In this document: piece after piece, positions 10,935 through 28,686 of the stretch
Numbering within the stretch: the first letter of the stretch is position 1
Layout of the letters: the number at the start of each line of letters is the position of its first letter
Origin: Toensbergia leucococca
Lineage: Eukaryota
Direction of reading: 5' to 3'
Assembly: GCA_022813965.1 (NCBI GenBank)
Contig: JALDZS010000168.1
Coordinates: forward strand, 1-51,122
DNA: 51,122 bases
Notes under the pieces: generated by a model
What the model was told of the DNA's origin: nothing
The model's database searches: none
Seen by the model: the letters and a program-made list of their open reading frames with translations, nothing else
Program-made: the position numbers and the translations under genes

Positions 10935-12465
10935 TCAGTCTAATACTTCGGCGCCATCCCAGTCGCTCTCTTCGATGACAACCTCTAGCTTCGGGGCTGG
11001 CTTCTTGCCTTTAGTAGGGCTTCCAGTATCGGAGAAGAAAGAATAATCTGATGCTGCGCTTATTACCGATTCGAGGTCATCTTCACTGCCCTCTCGATAA
11101 ATCCAATCATCCGGGAGAGGATCGTCCTCAACACCTGTGGCATACAGGTTTTCACCTGAACCATCATCCCCCGACTCTAAATCGTTATCCTGATCCACAT
11201 TCTGCTCCACGTCGCCTATAGGGAGAGTACTTTTAGCCTTGAAGGACTTTATTTTTCGTTCTTTAGGCTTCTTCATCAGCAGAGCTACTTCCTTTTGACC
11301 TCGAAGCCTTAGAGTCATCTCCTTGACTAGGTCAATCCATTGCAACTGCAATTCGCACTGCGGACACTTCCCCGCTGTCGGAAGCAGAGAGGTTTCGGTA
11401 CGTTCTTCTTCAAGAAATCTGGACGCAAGACAAGGCATGTGGAAAACAGTTCTGCAATTGTCACTAGGACATACCAAAGCCGTTGGAACGTGCTCGTCGA
11501 TCTCCTTGGCGCATATAGCGCAAGGGTGTCTCTCTCCTTCAGCAAGTAGAAATTGACTCTTCTCGAGGTGGATCTTTATTCTACTATAATCAACGTTGAT
11601 ATCATGGATGCCACCCTTTCCTGCGGTCTCTCGTTTTCGCTTTCCCTTAACTGGGCTATTCAGAGGCACCTCTCCTTCGATGGTGGACTCTATAGGCTGT
11701 TTCAACTCAGGGACAATCCCGATGCCACTTCTGATTCGACCGTCAACCCTTTCACTCCACGCTTGCCACACTTGGTAGACATCTTCACAGAAGAACTTAA
11801 CCCCCAGGGGCCACCTCGAGAAACTCGGAACGCGGAGAAGCAGATGTAGATTTTTAATCTTGTCGAGGACCGATGTTGGAGGGCGTGGGCGTCTCCGACG
11901 AGTACGGCCAGATTTCGGAGGATCTCGGGTTTTACTTATCTTTACCTTTTGGGTAATTCGCTGCTCTTCGGAGATCTTCTTTGTCAAGTGAGGATTGTGC
12001 CATGCCCATCTAGATAGACTTTCATTAGGAAAGAACAAATTTGGAGGAGCTCAGAAGCAAGATTTTGATTGAAAAAATCTCGGGAAACACATTAGAGCGG
12101 CAAGCACAGTGACACCAATTAAGGAGACGACAATCATCAGAAAGAAAATGATATTGTGAAGAAGTGAGACTCCATACTCGAATTGTAAGGCTGCAATCAT
12201 GGATGGAAAGCCAGTGACAATACAGGTCATCTCCCTAAAAGTCTGTTATGATCTATGCATCTAGTGGTAGTTTTGGTGTTGACGAATACCATGGCCGAAG
12301 ACTTTTGCGGGAAGTTCTTACAGCACCGCCTTTGGAGTCGCCATTATGCTGGGCTAGGCGTCTTGCAGGGTTGGGTGTAGATCCAATGTAAAGAGATGAG
12401 TGACGAGGCTTTGCAGAGCGCAATAGATAACAGCAATAAAACGCCGGAATTGGTCTTGTGTCCAT
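10935..12465 (-). CDS. SLX1: Structure-specific endonuclease subunit SLX1 (GIY-YIG plus C-terminal RING/PHD-type Zn finger); exons 12465-12290, 12234-12178, 12009-10935
   Basis: [81 protein letters not shown] and CAIC...CPSDNC..HMPCLA...CPQC. Confidence 0.95.
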
Positions 12466-12482
12466 GTTAAAATACGATATCT

Positions 12483-12508
12483 GATGGCGGTGATGGCGGT
12501 GATGGCGT
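12483..12508. repeat. Three copies of a 9-bp unit (GATGGCGGT) in the SLX1 5' leader
   Basis: gatggcggt gatggcggt gatggcgt read directly from the sequence. Confidence 0.7.
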
Positions 12509-13231
12509 TGGGCGATGATGAACTGGAGCTGTCGTCATGCGCAGACCACACTGACTGGACGATAGGCGAACGCCTAGAAGGCTACCTCCAGGCAAGGATT
12601 ATGAGCCTCAAATGTCTTGCCGGTACGCTGTCCGTACCTTTTCTCAGCCGGGATGGCAGATCGTCCCTCACATGCTCGATGATCTGGGAACACTATCAAT
12701 ACTGTAATAGACTGAATACATCTACATGAGCACGGTACATCTCGCTCAGTGATTGCAATATTGTCATGGAGAATGATTATATCTGCTGCTATTCACGGTG
12801 ATACAATTCAGGATCCCTGTAGTTGCCTTGTTCCATACATGCGATATCAATTCCCTCGATTCCATTCAATTACTCGCTTCGGCCTAGAGAGTAAGACCAC
12901 GCCTAGCTTCCCTTCTTCCCTCCGCCAAAATCAAGTCCGATCTCCCCCTCGTTTCCTCCTTCCCACTCCAAGTCAGCTCTTTACCTTCTCATGGTAGCTT
13001 GCCTGTCCTTGAGCATGAGACATGGCCAATTCCTTCGCTCTTTTTATTACCACTATGCTATGCAAGCCGCTTGTATGAATCCGGCAATCTACTCTCTCCA
13101 CCAGATCCCGCTATATCAGACTTTGATCTCAATCCAATACTGCCTTGGTTTGGGCCGACATTCCTTGGACCTCATCCATCTTCCAAATCCACTACCATCC
13201 ATTCCGAGACCGCTCTTCAGCAATAACATAA

Positions 13232-18877
<5,646 letters not shown>

Positions 18878-19199
18878 TGCTGGATGTGTGATGGCTTGTC
18901 AGTTCTTCGCAGGCGTGGCTCTTTGAACATGTTTTTGATGACGGGGGCAGATAAACGGGGAGTTTCGTGTGACATTTGGCTTTTCTTTTCCTGTTTTCAT
19001 TCGAGATGGCACTTGGCAGGACGGGTGGTTGCCTTTGCTTTCTTTCTTTCTTCCCTTTTTTTCTTTTTCCGTGTAGCTGTTGTTGCTCTTGCTGGGGTCG
19101 CTGATGTGCTGATGCTACGAAGGAAGGGAACAACGAAAAGGAGCAGTTATGTAATTTTAGAGGTTTGTAGCTAGCTAGGGTTCATCAAATTATGGCTTG

Positions 19200-19900
19200 A
19201 GATCAGTTCATTCATTCCTTTATAAGTTTTTTTTTTGGGTTGATGCTTTTGGGTTGTTTTTTTGGGGGGGGGACTGGGGGATTTCTCCGCCTGGTGAAAA
19301 AATCTTATGCACACTCCCGGCTCCCTCAAGGGAGGTAGAGGATGCTTTGTCTGTAGAATTAGAATTTCTATTATCGAAATTGAGTTCGGGTTTTGGAAAG
19401 ATGTGAATCTTTTTGGATTTTGGGGTTTTCGGGCTAGGGAAAGAGAGAATGTGTTATGCGTTTTATATGGAATGGTTGCACCGCTCGCGGAATTTTTTGC
19501 GAGTGAGACATTCGGCTGAAGTTATTTAATTTTTAATTTTTTTTGCTTGTATTGCTTTGTGCGAAAGGACGGTGGCTCGATGCTACATTTTTTTTTTTTT
19601 TGGTTTTGGTTTTTGGGGGGGTTGGGGTGAGGGGGGTTGTAATGGTAGGGGGGTGAAGATGAGAGGGCGTTGAAAATGAGAGGAGTTTGTGGGAGAGGGG
19701 GGAGGGGGTTGTGTGTTGGGTTGGAAGGAGGGGAGGGGGTTTGAGATGGGGATTTGGGTTGGAGGCTTTGGGGTGGAGGTTGTTGTGTTGGAGGCTTTGG
19801 GGTGGGAGATTTTCGGGGTCATGAGGTGATTGGTTTGATGTGGTGGGGGAGAATGAGAGTTCTGGTGGTCTTTTCAAAGGTGGGGGGGGGGGTCGATGGG
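19200..19900. repeat. Low-complexity G/T-rich tract with poly-T and poly-G runs between KDM5 and PPX1
   Basis: T runs near 19226-19236 and 19587-19601, G runs near 19264-19272 and 19882-19892. Very few C on the + strand from 19590 to 19900. Confidence 0.75.
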
Positions 19901-19998
19901 TGGTTGGGAATGAGTGGCATTGTTTTTCCGTTCACTGGCTGCAAATTTGTTCCTTGACTTTTTTTTTTCCCAAACGGGATAACAAATTCTGGGGCCCT

Positions 19999-21362
19999 CT
20001 ATGCTAGGGCTTTGCGAAGAAGCGGAGCGACCTGTTTCCGGCTCTTCGCTACATCCTTCTGCAGCCAAATTCTCCTCCACATCGCCGTCTCCGCATTTCC
20101 CCCGATCTCATCGGCGGTTTCGCTGATGCCCCCAACTTGGAGACTTTCTAGCTGCAGATCTGCGGCTGCGTCTGTGGCGAATTTGGTGGCTGCAGGAGCG
20201 GCGTTGGGGGTTGTTTGCAGGAGTAGTTCACGGCGGAAATGGCCTTTTGCTGAGACTGAGGTGGTCATGATTGCGAAGACGGATAGATCTTTTGCGTTCA
20301 TGAAGTTTTTTACAGCGTCATTAAAGGCATCTCTTTCACCGCCTTGAGGGGATTCTTCTACTGCCTTTGTGACCATGAACTGCAAGGGCTTCACGACCGA
20401 GCTGATGCCAAGCTTCTTTCCGCCCTCAACCCATTCTTTGTAGTCTTTCCTGAGGATCTCGTCAAACTTCAAGGCTCCAATATCCAACTTGGCCTCGGTG
20501 ATATTTTTATAGAAAGCCGCTCTATCCCAAGTTTTCACATCCTTGAGCGACAAGTTGATTCGTGCCTCTAGATACTCCACTGCCTCTCGGTCTACTGCTT
20601 CTACCTTGCCTGCGGCGGCTAGATTAGCGGTATCAATTAATATACTCGCGAGAGCCAGTTTTGCCAGCTGTGCATCCCAGGTTCTGCTAAAGGTAGTGTC
20701 GTTGGCCAGGGAGTCGTCTTGGCCATGAGCTGCACCGGCTGATATGGAAGCACTGGAAATGGTTTCCCATGCTGGTCTGAAATATTTGATCACAAGGCTA
20801 GTACAAGATCCACACTTTTGTACTATACGGGGCTCAGGGTCCGTCTTTTGAGGAACCATCTTTTCGTCATCATGATGATCAATGACTCCATGTACTCGTG
20901 AGGAATATATGGGACCGAGAACACCTTGAAATTTGTTGTGATCCACAAGGATCCAGCGGGTGTTTTCAGGCTGAAGGGTGTTTTCGAGGACGGAAAGGGC
21001 AGGTAAGTCATCTAGAGTTATCAGATGAGAGGCGGAAATGTTGGCATGATGGAAAAGAGCAGTATATTCTGGGCGAAGGCGAAGGTCCGAGGCAGGGATA
21101 TTAATTAAAGGAATGTATAACGGGGAGAAAGCTGTACGAGGTGGAGCTAGAGAACGGAAGTAGGCGTAGAGAAGAGATGCAGTAAGAGAGTCAAGGTCTG
21201 CAAGCTGATATCAGCTCTCCTTCCCAGCGAGCAAGATAGCTACAAACCGGCGGATTCGTTGCCGATTACAAAGGTCAATTTGGTCGACTGCCGTATGGCT
21301 GTGATAAGGCTTGTCTTCGCATGGGAGAGGAAAGCCCTGAGGGAGTTTCGCGGAAATGCCAT
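19999..21362 (-). CDS. PPX1: Exopolyphosphatase PPX1/Prune (DHH and DHHA2 domains); exons 21362-21248, 21197-19999
   Basis: FVIGNESADLDS after splicing, LRLRPEY, ILVDHN, GVIDHHDDE, GSCTSLV, ILIDTANL, ILRKDYKEW and C-terminal SRKQVAPLL. Confidence 0.93.
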
Positions 21363-23057
21363 TAAGTGATCATTTACTGCATCAGATCTTAGGGCTTTGC
21401 TCGTTTCCTAATAGCACGAGAATTCTAATATTAGACCATGTATCGAGTTCAAGGTAGAGTATCAAAAAAATTAAATGCCAAGTTCAAGGAGATTATAATA
21501 AGGTATGAGCCTACGCACGAGAATTTGACGAGAGGCAGAGTTGTTGTCGTGTACTGTGTTCACAACATCTGAGAAACATTTCCGTATTGCACTTGTATCG
21601 CTGTGTGTTTTGGGTAGATTACTAGGTAGGTAGACAAGTAAATTCTCTCAACATACATCGACAAGTGACACACTCTACTACATCTGAAAACATATTATTC
21701 TCAACTGTCACTGCCCTTGCTTGCGTCTCGAAGGACACCTAACTCGTCTACTGAAGCCTTTTACCAGCCTTCAAGCAATCGCTCAAGAGCGAGATCTGCA
21801 AAAGTGTTTTCATCTCTGCTATCCTTTAATTCCTCTACGCATTGACAGAACCAGCATTTCTGCCCATAGAGCCCGCCAGCTCGAAGCCCAGGAAAGTAGG
21901 CTTCGTAGTCACTCTTTTGCGGAAAAAACCAAATCCGTCCTGAGCCTCGTTGTCGTCGTCAGCAAGATTGTGAAAATCCCATCTGCAACCGTGAGTAAGA
22001 TTTGTCAGAACATCAAACAGCAGCTCGTGGTTGCACCTTACGAGGTTTGTTAGTATGACATCTCACCAAACACCACATCGCCATTCAATGAGATTCTTGT
22101 GAAGGAATCATTTGAGAGCTAGTGATATCGAGGTATGCTTTTCTGGCCGTCGAAAATCTCCTGTCATGTGTACAAGGAATCCATAACGTTCAGCAATAGC
22201 CGGCGCACTTAGAACCAGAAGATTAGAGACTGCAAAAGTATAATCTCCGAGCATCCCTACGGAGGGTATGCGGACTTTCAATTAGACTGTCCCATTCCGC
22301 GTACTCCGAGATTTAGAGATGAAGATGTACTGTAGAATGTCGCGAATGGCCAAAGAAGTCATGGGTGGTGGAATAAGCGTTATTTTAGCAAACCCAGCAT
22401 ACGGATAGCAGCAAATCAGGAGAGAGGAAAGAATGGGAGGCGTGAGGAAGAGCGTCCCAGCATAAATTTATTTGTGGGGGAGGCGGGAGAGTGACGTGGA
22501 GATCCAGCCACCCGGTGCGGCGGTGGTGGCTCAATCGCATTCTAGAATGTCTATTCTAGCACGTGCAGGTGGCGCAAGTAAAATGCGCCCTGCATGGATA
22601 AATAATGCGGGTAACGTCAGCCATACATCCGAATTGCATCTGCTTTGTTGAAGAAAAATGTATGTACCTACATATATATCTCTCCGACCTGGACTCATTC
22701 AGCTGCCCGTTTCCTGCTGCCGTCGCCCCCCCTCTCAAACGTGTACGTAATAGTGATGCCTATTAATAATGACTCACCGTCTCGTCGACCAGAAAAATGA
22801 GCACATGGGAGAGTAGCTGTCGGCCATTCCGAATGGTGTTGAAAGCGTCAGAATAATCTGTACATATTACCTTCATTGTTGACCGTCTGTTTTTCACTGC
22901 CTCGGTTGCTGTCTGCACGGTCATTTTGAAGACGAGTGAATTTTTCTAGACATATTCCTCCCGAGGCTGTACATTGCTTCCTTCCAATCCTTCCATCCAC
23001 ATACCTATAAAGAGGCAGATCAAACATCGGAGTTGGTAACGTCTGGGTGACCTCCAA

Positions 23058-25020
23058 ATGGCCTTCATCAACACCTTTCGATCGCTGCACTCGGCCTCAC
23101 CACTCGATGCCAACTCAACGGCTAACGCCAGTATAGCCCAATTACCAGCCAACATCCTTGAAGCTTTCATTCCAGGCTATTCCATCATCTCAAAGTTCTT
23201 GTTCGAGCAGCTAGGCTTCGACATCACCTTGGTGGTTTCAATATGCTTCTTGGCTTTTGGATTGGTTACCTCTGCCCGATACATGTGGGCTCATGCTTAT
23301 GACTGGTTCGAAACTTACTTCATGAGCTTCATCTGTATCGATTCCGATGATGATATCTACGACCATATCATGGCATGGATTGTTGAACAACAGGTCTCTA
23401 AGCACTCCCGCTCCTTAATGGCTAAGACTGGTCGGGAGAACGCATGGGATACACAGGACGGTGATATCGATGAAGGAGAGCCGGACCCAAATATTCTGTT
23501 AAACTTCAGTAATTGGGACGCCAAAGTTCCTCCTAGATTCCAGCCATATTTTGGTCGCCATCGGTTCTTCCACCGTGGTAGATATTTTGTCTTCAGCCGC
23601 GAAGCAAAGCAAATGATGTATTCTAGTACCTGGGGAGGCAGCGTCTTCCAAACAGATGAGACCATCAAGTTGACATGCGTTGGTCGCTCAGCTCAGCCGA
23701 TCAAAGATCTCATCAGAGAATGCCGAGATCGGTATATTGGTAAAGAGAAGGCTTGTACTGTTGTGCGAAGACCTGCACCCAAGGAGACGCGATCACGAGG
23801 CCGTAGCGTTTGGACAAAAGTGGCCACAAGACCTTCCCGACCCATGGAAACAGTCGTCCTCGAGCACGACCAGAAAGCTCGGGTGCTTGCTGATATTAAT
23901 GAATATCTCCATCCGTCAACACCTACATGGTACGCACGCCGCGGTATTCCGTATCGCCGGGGCTACCTCTTTGAAGGTGCTCCGGGAACCGGGAAGAGCA
24001 GTTTAGCATGGGCTATTGCCGGGGTTTTTGGCCTTGACATCTACTGTATCTCGCTGGTGGAACCGACCTTGACCGAGGAAGATCTTGGATTACTATTTGC
24101 CAATCTACCTCGACGTTGCGTGGTACTGCTAGGTGAGCATGAGCAATTCCTGAAAGGCTTAGGCTCTTCCAATCTGATGTCTGCAAATGCTGACAAGTAC
24201 CTTAGAGGACATTGATAGCGCAGGTCTCGTCAAGAGACAAGACCCAGAGGAAGGAGAAAAAGTCAAAGAGACTGAAGCTCCAGCTCATATTGGCGCCGAA
24301 ATAGCCAAAGCCTTCAAATCTGTACAGGAGAGGAACGAGAAGGCCAAGAATAATCCTCAAGGTATCTCTTTGTCAGGCCTTTTGAACTCAATCGATGGTG
24401 TAGCGTCACATGAGGGGAGAGTCCTAGTCATGACGACGAACTTTCCCGACAAACTCGATGAAGCGCTAGTAAGTCTTATGCTGTTATTGCAGCATTCTTG
24501 TTTTTTCTAATTCAAGTAAAAGATTCGGCCGGGAAGGGTGGACATGAGAGTCAGCTTCAATCTGGCCACTCGGTCGCAGATGCGTGAATTATTCATACGT
24601 ATGTACACGTCCGACTCTCCCAAAGAGGTTTCAGAGACTGGCAAAACATCCTCTGTACTAGATGGCTTGCGTCAAAGAGCAAATGGGGAATTTGCAAACG
24701 GCCACTCAGACACCAAATTGGATAACGGAATTTTCACCCCTCCAGCAAGTCCACGCGACATTACTGCTCCAGTGGCAGAACTCGCTCAAATAGCAGCTGA
24801 ATTTGCGCAGCGTCTACCAGAAAATGTGCTCACTCCAGCCGAGATCCAAGGCTTCTTACTTACAAGGAAGAAAGAGCCGTTGAAAGCGCTTAACGAGGTG
24901 GATGACTGGAAGGACAAACTGTTGGCAGCGAAGGCAGCGAAATCGAAGGCCGCTCCTGCAAGGTCAGGAAGTATGAACGACCAGGCTAAGACAGAACGAA
25001 AGGTTGACGACCTAGCATGA
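23058..25020 (+). CDS. BCS1-family mitochondrial AAA ATPase; exons 23058-24132, 24206-24468, 24523-25020
   Basis: N-terminal TM segment and BCS1_N-like region. RPSRPMETVVL, WYARRGIPYRRGYLFEGAPGTGKSS (Walker A), VVLLEDID (Walker B), ISLSGLLNSIDGVASHEGRVLVMTTN, LDEALIRPGRVD and TPAEIQGFLL. Probably a BCS1 paralog rather than the core ortholog. Confidence 0.92.
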
Positions 25021-25863
25021 TGATGTCCTGGCACGAGATGATGTCCGATACGACGGCGGCTACAGCGATGATTTTATGGCATTCACGGAGCATTTGCGAT
25101 TCATGAACTTGGCGTCACCACATCTTCTTTCCTCTTGGTAGTGAATGCCCAAAAGTTATAGAGGTTGGTACATATTGCACTCGGCCAGCTTGAAACGAAG
25201 GCTCCTAGTGTGTATATCAATGTATTTCAGAATAAGCAGTTCTGGAAATGGTGTCTTCCATCTAATCTAACGTTTCATCCGAATTAGGACATTGCATGTT
25301 CCTACTGCGAATACAGCTGTCTAGTTCGCAATTGATCCAAGACTTCAAGTCCTCAAGCTCTTTGCCTTTAAAGTCGGCTTAATGATCAAATTCACATGGC
25401 GCAATCCCTTACTACGTCTTGCTCTAAACGTCTTCTAAGACGGCCCCCACCAAACCAGTCTTCTACTACTCCTCGATCATGGGCTGGGAAATCTAAGCTT
25501 TAAAGTCCACTACATGTGTAGAATCAGTGTTGATACGTACACTTCAGGTGCTGTCATGTCTCTGATTTCTGAACCTTTATGACTGAATTGGTACTGCTAA
25601 TCTTTGGCATTAGCTGTTGCTACCTTTCGTTGGAGGACTCTGTTATCGAGGCTGTGATGATGAGAATTGATTCTGGCGAATCAAAGCGAAGTGATGACGA
25701 GCAGAAGGCCCAAAACAATCCACACGAGTTCAATCCTGATTCCCTAAACTCTACACAAAGAAAAAGAAGTGTCCAAGAAAGAACGACTTCACCCAATTTC
25801 TGAGGGAAGCCCGATTTTGACCAATGACCTTGTGTTACAAGCTGCCCTCCTGCAACCTTCTAG

Positions 25864-26322
25864 CTAAGCGTGGAATCTCTTCTCGGATGGCTCGCGGTGA
25901 TGTGGTGCATTGGGGGGAACTTCTGCGGGAGTATGAACCCCTTGGGTAACGGGCGCTGCCGAGCCAAGTGAAGAGGCTCCGAGGGGAGTGGCATGAACGG
26001 CTGTAGCATTATGCTCGCCTGAAGTTCCGTTTTTATGGGTCCCGTTACGGTCCCACGGCTCGGGGATAGGTGCATTGAGTGGGATCGGTATGGCGCCACG
26101 ACATCCATGAGGTAATGCCATACAGCCTGGGTCAACGATGCGGCTGTTGAGGCTTGCAATCCGTGCGGCTATCTCGGCTGTTGGAAGTAATCAGCTGGGG
26201 ATGCTGGGCAGGATTGAAGAGTAATGTTGAGACTCGGACGTACGATCAGGTAGCCGTCCACAGGCCACTGGGTTGAGGACGAAGACAGCGCTGAGTAACA
26301 AAATGAGGCTTATGAACTTCAT
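25864..26322 (-). CDS. Small secreted orphan protein, 130 aa; exons 26322-26244, 26177-25864
   Basis: Signal-peptide-like MKFISLILLLSAVFVLNPVACG. A 66-nt intron (gtacgt..gctgat..caacag) joins it in frame to the 25864-26121 ORF, giving 393 nt in total. Confidence 0.7.
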
Positions 26323-27486
26323 GATACGGTTCTTGGACCTCACTGATTGTGCAGATACACAAAGGAGCTATGTCTGAGAGGATGTCTTTTTCCACTTTTT
26401 ACTTCAAGAAAGGCAGAGAAATCTAGCAACAAAAGGATTTTTCCGTTAGTCGTCGAGTCTATATACCACCTTCTCCGTGCACACATGGTCATCGACTGGA
26501 GTCGGGTAAGTAGAAGCACCGTGATTCTTTCCATCAGGACCTCTCACCAAGCATTCGACGAGGATCTGACACGCAGGATACGCGCATGGTTTTCCAGTGC
26601 AGATGAAACATAGAAGCTCATCAGGCGGATTGCGAAGCCTATCAATTACTATGGAGTGATGGAGGTAGAAGCTCGCCTATTGGGGGTTGAGGATGAAATG
26701 CTTAGCTTCGGAGGATAGTGTTTCAGCCAACGGACCTTAGTATTTACGGGCGTGGTTCCTGATCAAGTTTGTAGGGTTATTTTGTTTTCTTCCTATTGGC
26801 TTGTTGGTGAAGCTGTAATTGATATGAAAACAGCCAGTAATATATAATTGATGCATAGGTTCCTGCCAGCAGCCAAGGAATAACGAGCTATCCCTGTGGA
26901 TTTCCATCTACATCACTTTTTGGCTCCATCCATTAGCAGTACTAATTGAGGAGTGATCAGCCCCTCCAATCTACAGCTTTCTAGACGCAGTCTTTGTGAC
27001 TCTACGAATTTTCAGAAAAATGTGCTGAAATAATGAACTAACGGCTTGGTCACCAAGCATTCTCAATATGTCACCACAGCCATAATGATGAAGGATTCAG
27101 ATTTATACTCTATACACATACTTTCAAGCTCAGATGAGTCTCGCAATACTTTCCAAGCTCTACCTTATCATATGAGCGTAGGTGAGATTTCACTAATCAT
27201 AACGTACCCGTTACTGTCCCAGCATTTCTGTAAGACTCTGTTCTGTTATTCTCTCGATTGCTATTCAAATCTTCCAAAGCTTTCTTCTGATCTCATATAA
27301 TCGAAGATTCACTTTCAAATCGTGAATTTGAGAGTTCACATCAACACTCAACTGGTGCCAACCTCTCTCCACCATGACCAAAATCCTGAACCCTGTCTTC
27401 ATTGGCACATTTTCTTCTCTCTCTCTAAGCTTCCATTCACCCTACTCTACCCCAACACAATCCGAGCCCAATAACAACTATAAATT

Positions 27487-28686
27487 ATGCCATCCCTTCT
27501 TCTTCTTCTTCTCCTCCTCCTCGCACTACTTCCCTTCACAGCCGCCCAGTCCCAAAGTTTAGTTATTTCTTCTTTAACCACGACCTACTACCCCCCCTCT
27601 AACCACACATTCGCCGACACTATCACCACCCAAAACAGCACTTTAACCTTCCTCGCTCTCGACCCAACCACCTCCTTCAACACAACCTGCTTCGCAAGCT
27701 GGGCTCCTCCGAACTATCCCTTCCTCTACACCTCCTGCGAAGACCCCACTGTGCAATTCGCCATCGACGAGGAAGATCCGTACTCCATTGGCTTGGGACT
27801 GGGAACAGCTTGCAATTTCACGCTTGATCTGCTATACACTTATGCGGATCAAAGGTACGTTTCCCAACGAGCAAACCCACTACCTCCTAATCCCACAAGA
27901 AAAAAGAAAGAGAAAAGCCCCCAACAACCAGACACGGTAATACTGAGAGAAAAAATAGCTAAACCCATTGGCAGCGATTCAGGCAACCTAATGGTCACAG
28001 TCAGCACCACAAACCTGACCTGCGCCAACACCGACGCAAACCAACCCAGCACCCTCCTCGCCTGCACGCCCTCCAATAGCACTCAAAACAGCACCACGAC
28101 CTGCACCTTCAAATCCACCACCGCCCCAATTGCCATCTATCCCTTTGACGGCTTCACCATAAACCCCTACCAAATCAACGCCCTAACGACCTACTCCCCC
28201 TCCCCACAGCCCCTCCCCCGCCCAAACAACACAACAAACACCCCCACCCTAACCTTCACAATCTTCGACCCCGCCTCCCCAAACAGCACAACCACCTGCA
28301 CCGCCACCTGGCCCCTCGACTCCAACCCACCCTCCCTCGCCTCCCCCGCCCTCTGCAAAGACACCTCCTGGACCTTTGCCCTCATCCTGCCTCCCTCCTC
28401 CTCCTCCTCCTCCACCGCAGCAGCAGCCAACTGGCTCGACAACTTCGAGCTGCTGCTCGAGCATACCTTTGTGGGCGAAACGGGCATTTTCGGACAGGGC
28501 CGCAGCTTGATCGTGACGCGGGCGCGGGCGGCGGTGGCCGGGACGGAGATGTTGGGGTGTCAGTGCGGGGGCAGCGGGGTTTGTTGGTGCGCGGTTGTGG
28601 GGGATGCGGTGCCGGTTTCGGGGAATGTGACTGGGTGGGTGTATGCGACTGGGGGAGAAGGGGTTGGGGTTGGTGAGTTGGATTGA
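27487..28686 (+). CDS. Secreted Cys/Thr-rich protein with two internally repeated domains (AA1/Alt a 1-like by pattern); probable intron 27855-27974
   Basis: Poly-Leu signal peptide. Repeat 1: LTFLALDPTTSFNTTCFASW..P..YTSCEDPTVQF..NFTLDL. Repeat 2: LTFTIFDPASPNSTTTCTATW..PP...LCKDTSWTF..NFELLLEH. Many N-x-S/T sequons. Confidence 0.8.
   Translation: MPSLLLLLLLLLALLPFTAAQSQSLVISSLTTTYYPPSNHTFADTITTQNSTLTFLALDPTTSFNTTCFASWAPPNYPFLYTSCEDPTVQFAIDEEDPYSIGLGLGTACNFTLDLLYTYADQRYVSQRANPLPPNPTRKKKEKSPQQPDTVILREKIAKPIGSDSGNLMVTVSTTNLTCANTDANQPSTLLACTPSNSTQNSTTTCTFKSTTAPIAIYPFDGFTINPYQINALTTYSPSPQPLPRPNNTTNTPTLTFTIFDPASPNSTTTCTATWPLDSNPPSLASPALCKDTSWTFALILPPSSSSSSTAAAANWLDNFELLLEHTFVGETGIFGQGRSLIVTRARAAVAGTEMLGCQCGGSGVCWCAVVGDAVPVSGNVTGWVYATGGEGVGVGELD

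Noticed and set aside
21721..22140. 110-aa TTG-start ORF with splice-like signals between PPX1 and BCS1
   Set aside because: No ATG, no recognisable domain, and no consistent exon chain could be built.
25390..25803. Strong-looking 3' splice site (gctaat..ttag at ~25596-25613) and a 74-aa ORF
   Set aside because: No in-frame upstream exon with a start codon was found; insufficient support.
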